Of a stretch of DNA of 56,560 nt, positions 43,806-53,280 are shown piece after piece (within the stretch, counting starts at the first letter, position 1; every line of letters starts with the position of its first letter). The notes beneath the pieces were generated by a model. It saw nothing but the letters and a program-made list of their open reading frames with translations, searched no databases and was not told the DNA's origin. Origin of the DNA: a virus (Duplodnaviria; Caudoviricetes); IMG/VR virus record IMGVR_UViG_3300035126_000207, positions 1-56,560 of that record; one strand, written 5' to 3'. The position numbers were made by a program, and so were the translations under genes.

Positions 43806-44399
43806 ATGTCTTCGACTAGCGCACCCTTTGGTTTTCGTCCGTCTTACCACAACAGTGGCCAGATGCGCCCGAAAGCCTACACGATCGCTAGCACCTATGC
43901 GGCCAACATCTTTTCGGGTGACCCCGTAAAGCTGACCGACAACGGTGTTATCCAGCTCGGCACCAGCGATGGTACTCGTTCCGGCACCACCGACGGCATC
44001 ACGCTGCTCGGTATCTTTGCTGGCTGCCAGTACCTCGACGCCTCGGGCAAGCCGACCATCAGCCCCTTCTGGCCTTCGGGCGCCACCGGCACGGAAATCG
44101 TTGCTTGGGTGTACGATGACCCGGAAACGCTGTACGACGTTCAGTACACCAACCCCTCGGCAGGCACCACGGTGCAAACCGCTGTGGGCGAAGAGTGCGA
44201 CTGGACCGTGGCTTCGCCGGGTGGCTCGACCCAGACGGGTCTGTCGACCACCCAACTCACCGCAATTCAGTCGACCTCTGGCCAGTTCCAGATCACTGGC
44301 TTTGCATACAACATCAACGACTCTTTGACTGATGCCTATGTCACGGTTACCGTTCGCCTGAACGAAGCCGCGTACAAGGCCGCTGTCAACAGCATCTAA
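43806..44399 (+). CDS. Capsid-associated (cement/decoration-like) protein
   Basis: APFGFRP, NIFSGDPV, GIFAGCQY, VYDDP; immediately upstream of MCP. Confidence 0.65.
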   Translation: MSSTSAPFGFRPSYHNSGQMRPKAYTIASTYAANIFSGDPVKLTDNGVIQLGTSDGTRSGTTDGITLLGIFAGCQYLDASGKPTISPFWPSGATGTEIVAWVYDDPETLYDVQYTNPSAGTTVQTAVGEECDWTVASPGGSTQTGLSTTQLTAIQSTSGQFQITGFAYNINDSLTDAYVTVTVRLNEAAYKAAVNSI

Positions 44400-44413
44400 G
44401 GAGGGCTTGAACC

Positions 44414-45328
44414 ATGGCTACCCCTATGCGCAGTACTGACTTTCGGTCAGTAGTCGAGCCCATCCTTAACGAAGTGTTCGACGGCGTCTACAATCAGCGC
44501 GCCGACGAATGGAACATGGTGTTCCGTGAGCAAAAAGGCATTCCGCGCAACTACCATGAAGAGCCTGTGCTCTATGGTTTTGGCGCTGCGCCGGAACTGC
44601 CCGACGGTATGGCTGTGTCCTACCAGTCCGGCGGCGTGCTGTTCCTGCAGCGCTACCTCTACAAGGTCTACGGTCTGGCGTTCTCGCTGACCAAGGTTCT
44701 TGTCGAGGACGGCGATCACATTCGTATCGGTCAAACCTACGCCAAGCACTTGGCTCAGTCGCTGATCGAAACGAAGGAAACGCTGGGTGCCAACATCCTG
44801 AACCGCGCCTTCAACGCTGCCTATCCGGGCGGCGACGGTGTGGCTCTGGTGAGCGCCTCGCACCCGATCGTCAACGGCACCTTCAGCAACCAGCTGACCA
44901 CCCCGGCTGCTCTCTCGCAGACCTCGTTGGAACAGCTGCTGATCCAGATTCGCAACGCTGTTGACAACAACGGCAAGCGTATCCGCCTGACGCCGAAGAA
45001 GATCGTGACGGGTCCGTCGAACGTCTTCCAAGCCGAAGTGCTGCTGAAGTCGGTTCTGCGCACCGGCACCGCCGACAACGACATCAACCCCGTCAAATCG
45101 ATGGGTCTGCTGTCGGACGGCCAAGCCAACCTCTCGCGTATCACCTCGACCACCGCTTGGTGGATCCAGACTGATGCGCCGGAAGGCCTGAAGCTGCTGA
45201 TGCGTCGTGGCCTTGAAAAGTCGATGGAAGGTGACTTCGAAACCGACTCGATGCGCTACAAGGCGACAGAAAGGTATACGTTTGGATGGACGGACCCCCG
45301 TGGCGTTTACGGAACTGCTGGCGTCTGA
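44414..45328 (+). CDS. Major capsid protein (Mu gpT-like, HK97 fold)
   Basis: EE..LYGFG.A, YGLAFSLT..LVED, ILNRAF..GGDGVAL.S.SHP, DFET..MRYKATERY.FGWTDPRG; strongly biased codon usage. Confidence 0.9.
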   Translation: MATPMRSTDFRSVVEPILNEVFDGVYNQRADEWNMVFREQKGIPRNYHEEPVLYGFGAAPELPDGMAVSYQSGGVLFLQRYLYKVYGLAFSLTKVLVEDGDHIRIGQTYAKHLAQSLIETKETLGANILNRAFNAAYPGGDGVALVSASHPIVNGTFSNQLTTPAALSQTSLEQLLIQIRNAVDNNGKRIRLTPKKIVTGPSNVFQAEVLLKSVLRTGTADNDINPVKSMGLLSDGQANLSRITSTTAWWIQTDAPEGLKLLMRRGLEKSMEGDFETDSMRYKATERYTFGWTDPRGVYGTAGV

Positions 45329-45371
45329 TAAGTAGCTGAAAACTAACAGTTTTTGGCTAACTGCAAAGTGG

Positions 45372-45418
45372 CCTCCCCGATACTAGGATACAATCCTAAA
45401 CATCGGGGAGGTTTTTTT
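45372..45418 (+). terminator. Intrinsic terminator after MCP (also sequesters a downstream RBS)
   Basis: CCTCCCCGAT/ATCGGGGAGG stem with inner TAGGAT/ATCCTA, followed by a T7 run. Confidence 0.75.
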
Positions 45419-45496
45419 ATGCAAAAACTCGGCCTCTTCAATGACGACCCTGCGCTACTAGTCAAGGCTCAGGCTTATGTGCTAAAGTATTCCTAG
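45419..45496 (+). pseudogene. Remnant of an endonuclease VII-type homing endonuclease
   Basis: MQKLGLFNDDPALLVKAQAYVLKYS resembles the EndoVII C-terminal LGxFxDDxxxLxxAxxY; catalytic core absent. Confidence 0.55.
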
Positions 45497-45566
45497 TCTG
45501 GGACTACACCCAGCTTGTCAGACCGGCCCAGCGGACGATGCACAGACTGACAGGCGACTCGTGCAA
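45497..45566 (+). ncRNA. Pseudoknotted RNA downstream of the gpT-like capsid gene (Mu-gpT-DE-like candidate)
   Basis: Interleaved pairings CTGGG/CCCAG, GCTTGTCAG/CTGACAGGC, TGCAC/GTGCA; genomic context. Confidence 0.5.
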
Positions 45567-45580
45567 AAGAGGAAATCACC

Positions 45581-45976
45581 ATGGCTTCGACAACTTTCTC
45601 CGGCCCGGTAACTTCGACCAACGGCTTCATCGGCGCGGTCACCGGCAACATCACCGGCAACGTGACGGGCAACATCACGGGCGACGTGTTCGCCTCGGTT
45701 CAATCCCTGTCCGGCGCTGGCGCGGTCAACGTGACCGACATGCTGACCTCGCTGACATCCACCGGCGCGGCTCAGGCTCTGACCTTGGCCAACGGCACCG
45801 CAGGCCAGATTAAGGTCATCACCCACACGGTTGATGGCGGCTCGGCTGTCCTTACTCCCACCACCAAGATTGGCTTCACCACCATCACCTTCACGGGTGT
45901 TGGCGAGTCGGCCACGCTGATTTACACCGCCGCTGGCTGGGCCATCATGGCTCTGAACGGCGCCGTTGCAGCCTAA
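45581..45976 (+). CDS. Virion structural protein (head fibre/decoration-like)
   Basis: TTFSGPV.S.NGF, TGN(I/V) repeats, LTLANGTAGQIK. Confidence 0.7.
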   Translation: MASTTFSGPVTSTNGFIGAVTGNITGNVTGNITGDVFASVQSLSGAGAVNVTDMLTSLTSTGAAQALTLANGTAGQIKVITHTVDGGSAVLTPTTKIGFTTITFTGVGESATLIYTAAGWAIMALNGAVAA

Positions 45977-46028
45977 TTGGTGAAACCGAGGGGGCCGACA
46001 CAGCCCCCTCCTCATTGAGGAGATAGGT

Positions 46029-46442
46029 ATGGCTGACGCTGTTACTTCCCAGACGATCCTTGATGGTGAGCGGTTGTTCATCGGCAAGTTCACGAACATT
46101 TCTGATGGCACGGGCGAGTCTGCGGTCGTAAAGATCGACGTCTCCACCCTGAACCCCAGCGCGGCGGGGAATGCCTGCAACGGCGTCAAGATCAACAAGA
46201 TTTGGGCGCAGACGCAGGGTATGGCCGTTGACATCCTCTGGGATGCCACGACCGATCTGATCTGCGAGACGATCCCTGAAAATCAGTTTTACCTGATGGA
46301 TTACTCGTCGTTCGGCGGCTTCCCGAACAATGCAGGCACGGGCAAAACTGGTGACGTGCTGTTCACCACTGTGGGCGCTGCGGCTGGTGATCGTTACACC
46401 ATCACGCTGGAGTGCATCAAAACCTATGGTACGCAGCCGTAA
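46029..46442 (+). CDS. Virion structural protein
   Basis: MADAVTSQTILDG..FTNISDGTGES.V.KIDVS..TGDVLFTT. Confidence 0.7.
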   Translation: MADAVTSQTILDGERLFIGKFTNISDGTGESAVVKIDVSTLNPSAAGNACNGVKINKIWAQTQGMAVDILWDATTDLICETIPENQFYLMDYSSFGGFPNNAGTGKTGDVLFTTVGAAAGDRYTITLECIKTYGTQP

Positions 46443-46451
46443 GAGGGTGCC

Positions 46452-46709
46452 ATGTCAGAGGTAATGCTGTGGAACACCATCCTGTCGGTTCTGCTCGCGT
46501 TGATCAGCTGGGTTCTGAAGGAGAAATCCAACGAGCTCAGCCGGATCACCATACTGCTGAATCGTACGAGAGAAGAAGTCGCCAAAGAATATGTCACCAA
46601 GGTCGAGGTGCACGCTGACATTAACCGGGTAATGACCCGGCTGGAAGTCTTGGACGCGAAGCTAGATCGGCTGATCGAGGGCTATCACTCAGATAGGAGC
46701 ATAAAATGA
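46452..46709 (+). CDS. Small protein with N-terminal TM and coiled coil
   Basis: LWNTILSVLLALISWVL; TREEVAKEYVTK. Confidence 0.7.
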   Translation: MSEVMLWNTILSVLLALISWVLKEKSNELSRITILLNRTREEVAKEYVTKVEVHADINRVMTRLEVLDAKLDRLIEGYHSDRSIK

Positions 46710-47443
46710 GTAAGTCTCTAAAATACGTGTCAGACTTCCAGTTCCCCAGCGAGTGCGGGTTCACTGGATCGACTGGCAAGACGATGGTCAAAGGCTATGC
46801 ACGCGGCGGTCACACCGACGTGGCCAAGGACAAGGCCATGATCAGTGCCGCCATGAAAAAAGACATGGCGCAGGACAAGGCTATGGTGAAAACCGCCGTC
46901 CACAAGCATGAAAAGAGCATGCACAAGGGCGAGCCTCTGACCAAGATGGCCATGGGTGGCGCGGCTAAGGCCAAGGACGCGATGCGCAATGAGCGCGCTG
47001 AGATGTCCCGCATCAAGCAGGAAACCCGCAGCGAGCGTAAGGATGCAGGCGAGGAGATGTCGCGCGTCCGCAAGGAGATGCGCTACGACGAGGCCAAGCT
47101 GAAGAGCGACATGCCGATGCGTAAGCAGTATCCGACCAACCGCAGCGAGCCGATGATCAAGGCGATGGCGGGCGGCATGATACGGGACAAGAGCAAGCTT
47201 GGCATCGAGGGGAACAAAAACCCCGGCGAGACCAAGATGCACACGGCCCCCGATCTTCCCGGCCCGAAGACCATGATGAAGCGCGGCGGCATGACCCCCA
47301 AGCAGGAAGCCAAGGTCGGCAAGGTCATGGGCGAGTTCAAGGCTGGCGAGCTGCACTCGGGCAGCAAGTCTGGCCCGATGGTCAAAAGCCGCAAGCAGGC
47401 CATCGCCATTGCCATGTCCGAGGCGGGCAAGAAAAAGAAGTGA
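46706..47443 (+). CDS. Basic Met/Lys-rich protein (putative internal head protein)
   Basis: Repeated xxxGG motifs; KVGKVMGEFKAGELHSG..RKQAIAIAMSEAG. Confidence 0.7.
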   Translation: MSKSLKYVSDFQFPSECGFTGSTGKTMVKGYARGGHTDVAKDKAMISAAMKKDMAQDKAMVKTAVHKHEKSMHKGEPLTKMAMGGAAKAKDAMRNERAEMSRIKQETRSERKDAGEEMSRVRKEMRYDEAKLKSDMPMRKQYPTNRSEPMIKAMAGGMIRDKSKLGIEGNKNPGETKMHTAPDLPGPKTMMKRGGMTPKQEAKVGKVMGEFKAGELHSGSKSGPMVKSRKQAIAIAMSEAGKKKK

Positions 47444-47451
47444 CTTTCTCT

Positions 47452-47515
47452 TTCAGGGGGGTTGGTCTATAATTCCCCTGAACAAACTCCCGAGGCGTGC
47501 TGAACCAGCGGCCAG
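47452..47515 (+). promoter_or_regulatory. Putative late promoter plus conserved leader motif
   Basis: CTATAATTC inside the TTCAGGGG/CCCCTGAA inverted repeat; GGCGTGCTGAACCAGC resembles 6566-6583. Confidence 0.45.
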
Positions 47516-47539
47516 CTTTGATCACGCAGCGGAGACAGT

Positions 47540-48523
47540 ATGGCCTATTCCGGGAATGTGAGCGGCACGACGTTTAACGCTCTGAAGGTGGTAGATCACG
47601 CCTTCAGACGCTGTCGTTTGCCCGCTCAGGCCATCACCGCCGAGATGCAAACCTACGCGCTCGACTCGCTGTACCTGATGCTTTCTGAGCTTGCCAACAT
47701 CAGGACGCCCAGCTGGTGCATCGAGCAACTCATCCTTCCCATGTATGAGAACCAGCCGCTGATCACGCTGCCGCCGGGCACCGTCGAGGTCTTGAACCTG
47801 AACTACCGCGTGCTGCAGCTGCTCAGTGGGGCTTCGGTCACCACGTCCACCAGCTACACCGTCAACTTCACCACGCAGACGGTGGTGAACACGGTCGGCA
47901 TCAAGTGGTCGGCGGCTGCCGTGCCCGTCAACTTCCAAGTCAGCACAAATGGCTCGTCGTGGACGACCGTGGGGACATCAAGTGTCACGGCATCGGCTGG
48001 CGATATTACGTGGACCGACATCAGCGGCGCTCTGGCCTATGCCTATTTCCGGATCGTAGCGACCAGTGGCACCCTGAATTTTTCTGCGATTACGCTGGGC
48101 AACCTGCCGCAGCAAATCCCGCTCGGCCAGCTAAACCGCGACTCGTATGTGAACCAGTCGAACCTGCAGTTCCCCGGTCGCCCGAGCAACTACTACTTCC
48201 AGCGCGACCTGCCGGAGCCTGTGGTCTATCTTTGGCCCGCGCCGTTCTCGGCTGCAGAGCAAGCGCAGCTGATCCTGTGGCGTCACCGCCAGATCATGGA
48301 CACCGAGAACCTGCAGCAGGAGGTCGAGGTACCGCAGCGCTGGCTGCAGGCCATCGTCGATGGTCTGGCCAGCAAGGTCGCCGCCGAGACGCCGCAGGTT
48401 GACGCAGCCTTGATGCCTCTCTTGGAGCAGCGTGCGGCTGTGAGCATGCAGCGTGCGTGGGACGGCGACAATGACGGCTCGCCAATCCAGATTAACCCCG
48501 GCATTAGGGCGTACACCGCATGA
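47540..48523 (+). CDS. Head-tail adaptor-like protein with inserted beta domain
   Basis: VDHAFRRC..ALDSLYLMLSELAN..W, GRPSNYYFQR, VYLWPAP, EVPQRW. Confidence 0.65.
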   Translation: MAYSGNVSGTTFNALKVVDHAFRRCRLPAQAITAEMQTYALDSLYLMLSELANIRTPSWCIEQLILPMYENQPLITLPPGTVEVLNLNYRVLQLLSGASVTTSTSYTVNFTTQTVVNTVGIKWSAAAVPVNFQVSTNGSSWTTVGTSSVTASAGDITWTDISGALAYAYFRIVATSGTLNFSAITLGNLPQQIPLGQLNRDSYVNQSNLQFPGRPSNYYFQRDLPEPVVYLWPAPFSAAEQAQLILWRHRQIMDTENLQQEVEVPQRWLQAIVDGLASKVAAETPQVDAALMPLLEQRAAVSMQRAWDGDNDGSPIQINPGIRAYTA

Positions 48524-48828
48524 GCAATTCGCTGTACCTAGACCCTACTGGACAGCCGACATACGGTATCGGAATTTGCGGACGCTGCTCGCGCAAGTTT
48601 TTTCTTTCCGAACTGGCGCCGGACCCGAACTATCCGGGGCTGATGGTCTGCCGGGAAGATCGCGACCAATACGACCCATACCGACTCGCCCCTCGCCCAC
48701 CGGACCAGATCGTGCTCCCGTTTGTACGCCCCGACACGCCGATCAACACCCGCCCCGCCGGGTTGATCCAAGAGCAAGGCAACGAGTTCATCATCACGGA
48801 AGATGGTGACGGATACTTGGAGCTATAA
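48520..48828 (+). CDS. Small Cys-containing virion-associated protein
   Basis: GICGRCS..GLMVC..DQYDPY..RPD. Confidence 0.7.
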   Translation: MSNSLYLDPTGQPTYGIGICGRCSRKFFLSELAPDPNYPGLMVCREDRDQYDPYRLAPRPPDQIVLPFVRPDTPINTRPAGLIQEQGNEFIITEDGDGYLEL

Positions 48829-51084
48829 ATGTCAGACGTACCCAGCAATCTGATCCCAACCCGCGTCACGCAGCTCCCCGTCGCCCCCGTGGCCGACGAA
48901 AACTCGCTGATGATGATCGTCTATCAGGGCAACAACTACCAAATCCGGGTGGGTGACCTGCTGAGCGTGGCGGGCGTGCCGACGTCGCGGCAGGTGATCG
49001 CTGGCACGGGCCTACAGGGTGGCGGGCAACTGTCGTCCAACGTCACGCTGTCGATCGCCAACGGTGGCGTGGGCTCGGTGCAGCTCGCATCGTCCGGCGT
49101 GACGCCGGGCTCCTATGGTTCGGCCACTGAAATCCCTGTCCTGACCGTCGACACCACGGGCCGCGTGGTGGCCGCCACGACCATCGCCGCGTCAATCAGC
49201 GGCTATGTCCCGGACAGCCGTCAGGTCATCGCCGGGACGGGCCTGAGCGGTGGCGGCGCTCTCACTGGTAACGTCACCCTGACGGCCAATCTGTCCAGCG
49301 CGACGCCGCTTGTTTTGGATGGCACGGGCACGGCTGGCGTATCTACGAATATGGCTCGCGCCGACCACCAGCACCCGGCAGTTGATCTTTCCGACCAAGC
49401 GCAGATCAATGGCATTTTGCCGCTCGACCAAGGCGGCACGGCACGCAGCCTCGTTGCTGACGCTGGTGCGATCATCTGGTGCGGCGCTGATGGCCTTTAT
49501 GTCGGCCCGGTCGGCAATGCGGGTCAGGTTCTGGTGTCGAACGGCACCGGGGAGTACACGTGGGGCTCCGCGCTTCTGGTGGTCGATCAGCCTGCCAACG
49601 TGATCTACGCTGGCCCTGCCGCTGGCCCAGATGCGCCCACAGCCTTCCGCGCCATGGTCAACGCGGACTTGCCGAACTCCGGCGTGTCGGCCAACACCTA
49701 CGGCTCCTCAACGGCCATCCCGGTCATCACGGTCAACGCCAAGGGCGTCATCACGGCGGTGACCACGGCGAGTTTCGGATCAGTGACTTCGGTCAACGGG
49801 CAGACGGGCGTCGTGGTTTTGACTGCGTCTGATGTCGGTGCACCATCAACGTCAGGCACGGGTGCCACCGGCACGTGGGGCATCAGCGTCAGCGGCAACG
49901 CGGCGACCGCGACCAACGTGGCGGGCGGCGCCGCGAACAAGATCGTCTACAACACTGGATCAAACACCAGCGCCTTCATCGACGCGCCGACGCTGTCTGC
50001 GACGTTCCTGAAGTGGACAGGGTCTGCCTTCACGTGGGACACCGCAGGCGCGGGCACTGTGACGTCGGTCGATGTATCGGGCGGCACTACGGGCCTCACG
50101 ACGACTGGAGGCCCGATCACCTCATCCGGCACGATCACGATCGCTGGCACGCTTGCTGTGGCCAATGGCGGCACCGGGGCTACGGATGCGAGCACAGCCC
50201 GCACCAACCTCGGAGCGGCTGCCTCTGGCGCGAATGCCGACATCACCTCCATGACCGGCGTCACGGGCGGCATCAGCTCGCCGGACTTTATCCAATTCGA
50301 CACCACGGCCACCGTGACGGACGCCACCGGGCGCCTTTATTACGACGACGCCGACATGTTCCAGACGCTGGCGTTCCAGATGAACGGCGCCGTGATCCAG
50401 CACGTCGGCGAGGAGATGTACTACCGCGTCAAGCTGTCGGCTGGTGCGACCAAGGGCCAAGTGCTCATGTTCACGGGCACGCTTGGCGCAAGCGGTGGCT
50501 TGACGGCTGCGCCTGCCACGGGCCTCTTGCCGGAGCAGTCCAGCTACATCCTCGGCATCTCAATGCAGACCGGGATTACCAACGACTGGGTAACGGTTGT
50601 TCAGTTCGGTGAAATCAAAGGCATCAATACCACAGGCGGGGCCGAGACTTGGGCTCAGGGCGACGTGCTTTACTACAATCCGGCTGTCGCTGGCGGGCTG
50701 ACAAAGAACAAGCCATCGGCTCCCAATGCCATCGCCCTCATGGCCGCTGTCGTCTACGCCGACGCTTCCAACGGCATCCTGTTCGTGCGTCCGACATACG
50801 GCACGGTTCTGGGCGGCACCGATGGCAACGTGCAGTTCACCTCGCTGACGGGCGGCGATGTCATCGTCTACGACAGCGTCGATTCGCGCTGGGAAAACCG
50901 GACGCAAGCCTCTCTCGCCGTAGGGACAGCTACCAACCTCGCAGGCGGCGCGGCCAGCCAAATCCCGTATCAGACCGGCGCCGGTGCGACGACGTTCTTG
51001 GCTAACGGCACGGCTGGGCAGGTGTTGCTGTCGAATGGTGCGAGCGCGCCGAGCTGGGGCGGAATGGATGGGGGGACGTTTTGA
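48829..51084 (+). CDS. Tail fibre protein
   Basis: Repeated AGTGL.GGG.L..NVTL, G.YGS.T.IPV, VTSVNGQTG, NGGTGA modules; ends DGGTF. Confidence 0.8.
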   Translation: MSDVPSNLIPTRVTQLPVAPVADENSLMMIVYQGNNYQIRVGDLLSVAGVPTSRQVIAGTGLQGGGQLSSNVTLSIANGGVGSVQLASSGVTPGSYGSATEIPVLTVDTTGRVVAATTIAASISGYVPDSRQVIAGTGLSGGGALTGNVTLTANLSSATPLVLDGTGTAGVSTNMARADHQHPAVDLSDQAQINGILPLDQGGTARSLVADAGAIIWCGADGLYVGPVGNAGQVLVSNGTGEYTWGSALLVVDQPANVIYAGPAAGPDAPTAFRAMVNADLPNSGVSANTYGSSTAIPVITVNAKGVITAVTTASFGSVTSVNGQTGVVVLTASDVGAPSTSGTGATGTWGISVSGNAATATNVAGGAANKIVYNTGSNTSAFIDAPTLSATFLKWTGSAFTWDTAGAGTVTSVDVSGGTTGLTTTGGPITSSGTITIAGTLAVANGGTGATDASTARTNLGAAASGANADITSMTGVTGGISSPDFIQFDTTATVTDATGRLYYDDADMFQTLAFQMNGAVIQHVGEEMYYRVKLSAGATKGQVLMFTGTLGASGGLTAAPATGLLPEQSSYILGISMQTGITNDWVTVVQFGEIKGINTTGGAETWAQGDVLYYNPAVAGGLTKNKPSAPNAIALMAAVVYADASNGILFVRPTYGTVLGGTDGNVQFTSLTGGDVIVYDSVDSRWENRTQASLAVGTATNLAGGAASQIPYQTGAGATTFLANGTAGQVLLSNGASAPSWGGMDGGTF

Positions 51085-51157
51085 TGAATAAGCTATCGCG
51101 TTGCCCTGAATTTAAGGGCATAATGCCCGCTAACAACCCTGAAAAGAGGTAACAGCA

Positions 51158-51472
51158 ATGCCGCAGACCGGATACACTCCGATTCAGCTGTACCGCAGCA
51201 CCACGTCAGGTGCCGCGCCTTCCGCTGGCAACCTGAACCCCGGCGAACTCGCGATCAACATCAATGATGCCGACATGGCCATCTACGCAGAGAATGCGTC
51301 GGGGACGGTTAAGCGCATCATCAACAACCCGGCGGGCCTTAAATATCCGACAGCAGACGGAACCGCAGGCCAAGTCGTCAGCACGGATGGCTCGGGCAAC
51401 CTGACATTCACAACGCCGTCTGCGGGCATCTCAGCTGGCAAGGCAATCGCCTTCACCCTGATTTTTGGATAA
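51158..51472 (+). CDS. Short fibre-tip connector protein
   Basis: IQLYRSTT..PSAGNL..GELAIN; YPTADGTAGQV.STDGSGNL; ends GKAIAFTLIFG. Confidence 0.65.
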   Translation: MPQTGYTPIQLYRSTTSGAAPSAGNLNPGELAININDADMAIYAENASGTVKRIINNPAGLKYPTADGTAGQVVSTDGSGNLTFTTPSAGISAGKAIAFTLIFG

Positions 51473-51483
51473 GGAGATAAACT

Positions 51484-51858
51484 GTGGCAGCCCCGAATAT
51501 CGTCAACGTCACCTCAATCATCGGCAAGTCTGCCGTGATTGACCTGACTTCCACCAGCGCCACGTCTGTGTTGAGCAACGCGGCGTCATCCAACAAGGTC
51601 TTCAAGATTGAGTCGCTGATCGTGGCAAACGTGGACGGCACCAATGCCGCCGACATCACGATCAACTACTACACCGCTGCGGCTCTTGGCGGCACGGCCT
51701 CGCAGATCGTGAGCACGGTCTCGGTCCCGGCTGACTCCTCGCTCGTGGTCATCGACCGGAACACCTCGATCTATCTTGAGGAAGACAAGTCGATCGGTGC
51801 GACGGCGGGTTCCGCAAACGACCTGAAGGTGATAATTAGTTACGAGGACATTTCGTGA
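51484..51858 (+). CDS. Small beta-sandwich virion adaptor protein
   Basis: APNIVNVT.I.GK, LIVANVDGTNAADIT, VPADSSL, IYLEE. Confidence 0.7.
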   Translation: MAAPNIVNVTSIIGKSAVIDLTSTSATSVLSNAASSNKVFKIESLIVANVDGTNAADITINYYTAAALGGTASQIVSTVSVPADSSLVVIDRNTSIYLEEDKSIGATAGSANDLKVIISYEDIS

Positions 51859-51873
51859 CGTTAGGAGGCTAGT

Positions 51874-53280
51874 ATGGCTACGTCCCAAGGCGGCTATGTC
51901 GACGGCGGCTTTGACCTTCTGAAAGCCCCCGACGCCCCGACCATCACGTCTGTCACGACCAGCATCGGGTCTATGTCCGTGGCATTCACTGCGCCCGCCA
52001 ACCCCGGCGGAAGCGCGGTCACGGGCTATACGGTCACGGCGATCAACGAAAGCACCGGGGCATCCGTCGGCGCGACTGGGTCGGCGTCTCCTATTAGCAT
52101 TTCACCCGGTGGCGGCACGTTCAGGGTTCGCGCTGCGGCGACCAATATCTATGGGCCGGGTCGGGTGTCTGCGTTCAATACGGGGAACGTGGTGTTTTCT
52201 GGGGCGGAGCTGGAGACTTGGGGCGGAAATGGTTTCGGCCAACTTGGACTTGGGGACACGGTTGCTCGTTCTAGTCCTGTTCAAGTGGGAGCGTTGCAAG
52301 CATGGTCAGTTGTTTCATCGGGCGGATACGCTTCAGCCGCTATAAAAACTGACAACACCTTGTGGGCTTGGGGCTACAATGGCACCGGTGGACTTGGTGA
52401 TAACACCATCATTACCCGCTCCAGCCCTGTTCAGGTTGGCGCTTTAACCGTATGGGCAACGGTCGCTGTTGAGGGCAGTGCTACTGCTGCTGTTCGAACC
52501 AACGGGACTCTCTGGACATGGGGCCTAAACAATGCTGGTCAGCTTGGTCAAAATTTCAGCGGCTTTCAAAGGTCTAGTCCGATTCAGGTCGGAGCGCTTA
52601 CAGATTGGGCGAAAGTGACGGCCTTCAAGCAAGGTTCTGCGTTCACCTCAGTCAAAACAAACGGCACTTTGTGGGCGTGGGGGTCAAACGCTTCAAGCAA
52701 GCTTGGAGACACTACGTCTACCTATCGGTCTAGTCCTGTTCAGATAGGGGCTTTGACCAATTGGTATTCGACTGCAGGGGGGTATAGACACTGCATCGCG
52801 GTGAAGACAGACGGCACTTTGTGGGCGTGGGGTTACAATGGGAATGGGCAGCTAGGTCTGAACTCTGTTTCAGGGGTGGCATCCCCCAACCAAGTCGGGT
52901 CGCTGACAACTTGGGCGATTCCCGCCGCCGGGAGAGATCATTCAGCAGCAACCACAACAAACTTCACCTTGTGGGCATGGGGCCGTAACAACCACGGGCA
53001 ACTTGGACAAAACAACCTGACCGACCGCTCCAGCCCCGTTCAGGTTGGCGCGTTGACCAATTGGCAAAAGGTCGACGCCGCATCTTTCCATACGGCATGC
53101 GCAAAAACGGATGGAACGCTGTGGGAGTTTGGTAGAAATAATAACGGCCAGCTCGGAGACAATACGATTGTTAACCGATCCAGTCCGGTGCAGGTTGGTG
53201 CATTGACAGGCTGGTTTGATGTATCTGCTGGCGGCACCTTTGGAAGCGGTTTCACCCTCGCCCTCTACGGAGTAACCTAA
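51874..53280 (+). CDS. FN3 + RCC1-repeat 7-bladed propeller protein no. 1
   Basis: PDAPT..VAFTAPANPGGSAVTGYTVT..FRVRAAATNIYG (FN3); seven WG..G.LG..RSSPVQVG repeats. Confidence 0.9.
   Translation: MATSQGGYVDGGFDLLKAPDAPTITSVTTSIGSMSVAFTAPANPGGSAVTGYTVTAINESTGASVGATGSASPISISPGGGTFRVRAAATNIYGPGRVSAFNTGNVVFSGAELETWGGNGFGQLGLGDTVARSSPVQVGALQAWSVVSSGGYASAAIKTDNTLWAWGYNGTGGLGDNTIITRSSPVQVGALTVWATVAVEGSATAAVRTNGTLWTWGLNNAGQLGQNFSGFQRSSPIQVGALTDWAKVTAFKQGSAFTSVKTNGTLWAWGSNASSKLGDTTSTYRSSPVQIGALTNWYSTAGGYRHCIAVKTDGTLWAWGYNGNGQLGLNSVSGVASPNQVGSLTTWAIPAAGRDHSAATTTNFTLWAWGRNNHGQLGQNNLTDRSSPVQVGALTNWQKVDAASFHTACAKTDGTLWEFGRNNNGQLGDNTIVNRSSPVQVGALTGWFDVSAGGTFGSGFTLALYGVT

Noticed and set aside
45988-46010. 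Intrinsic terminator
   Set aside because: GC-rich hairpin without a U-tract; at most a pause or stability element.
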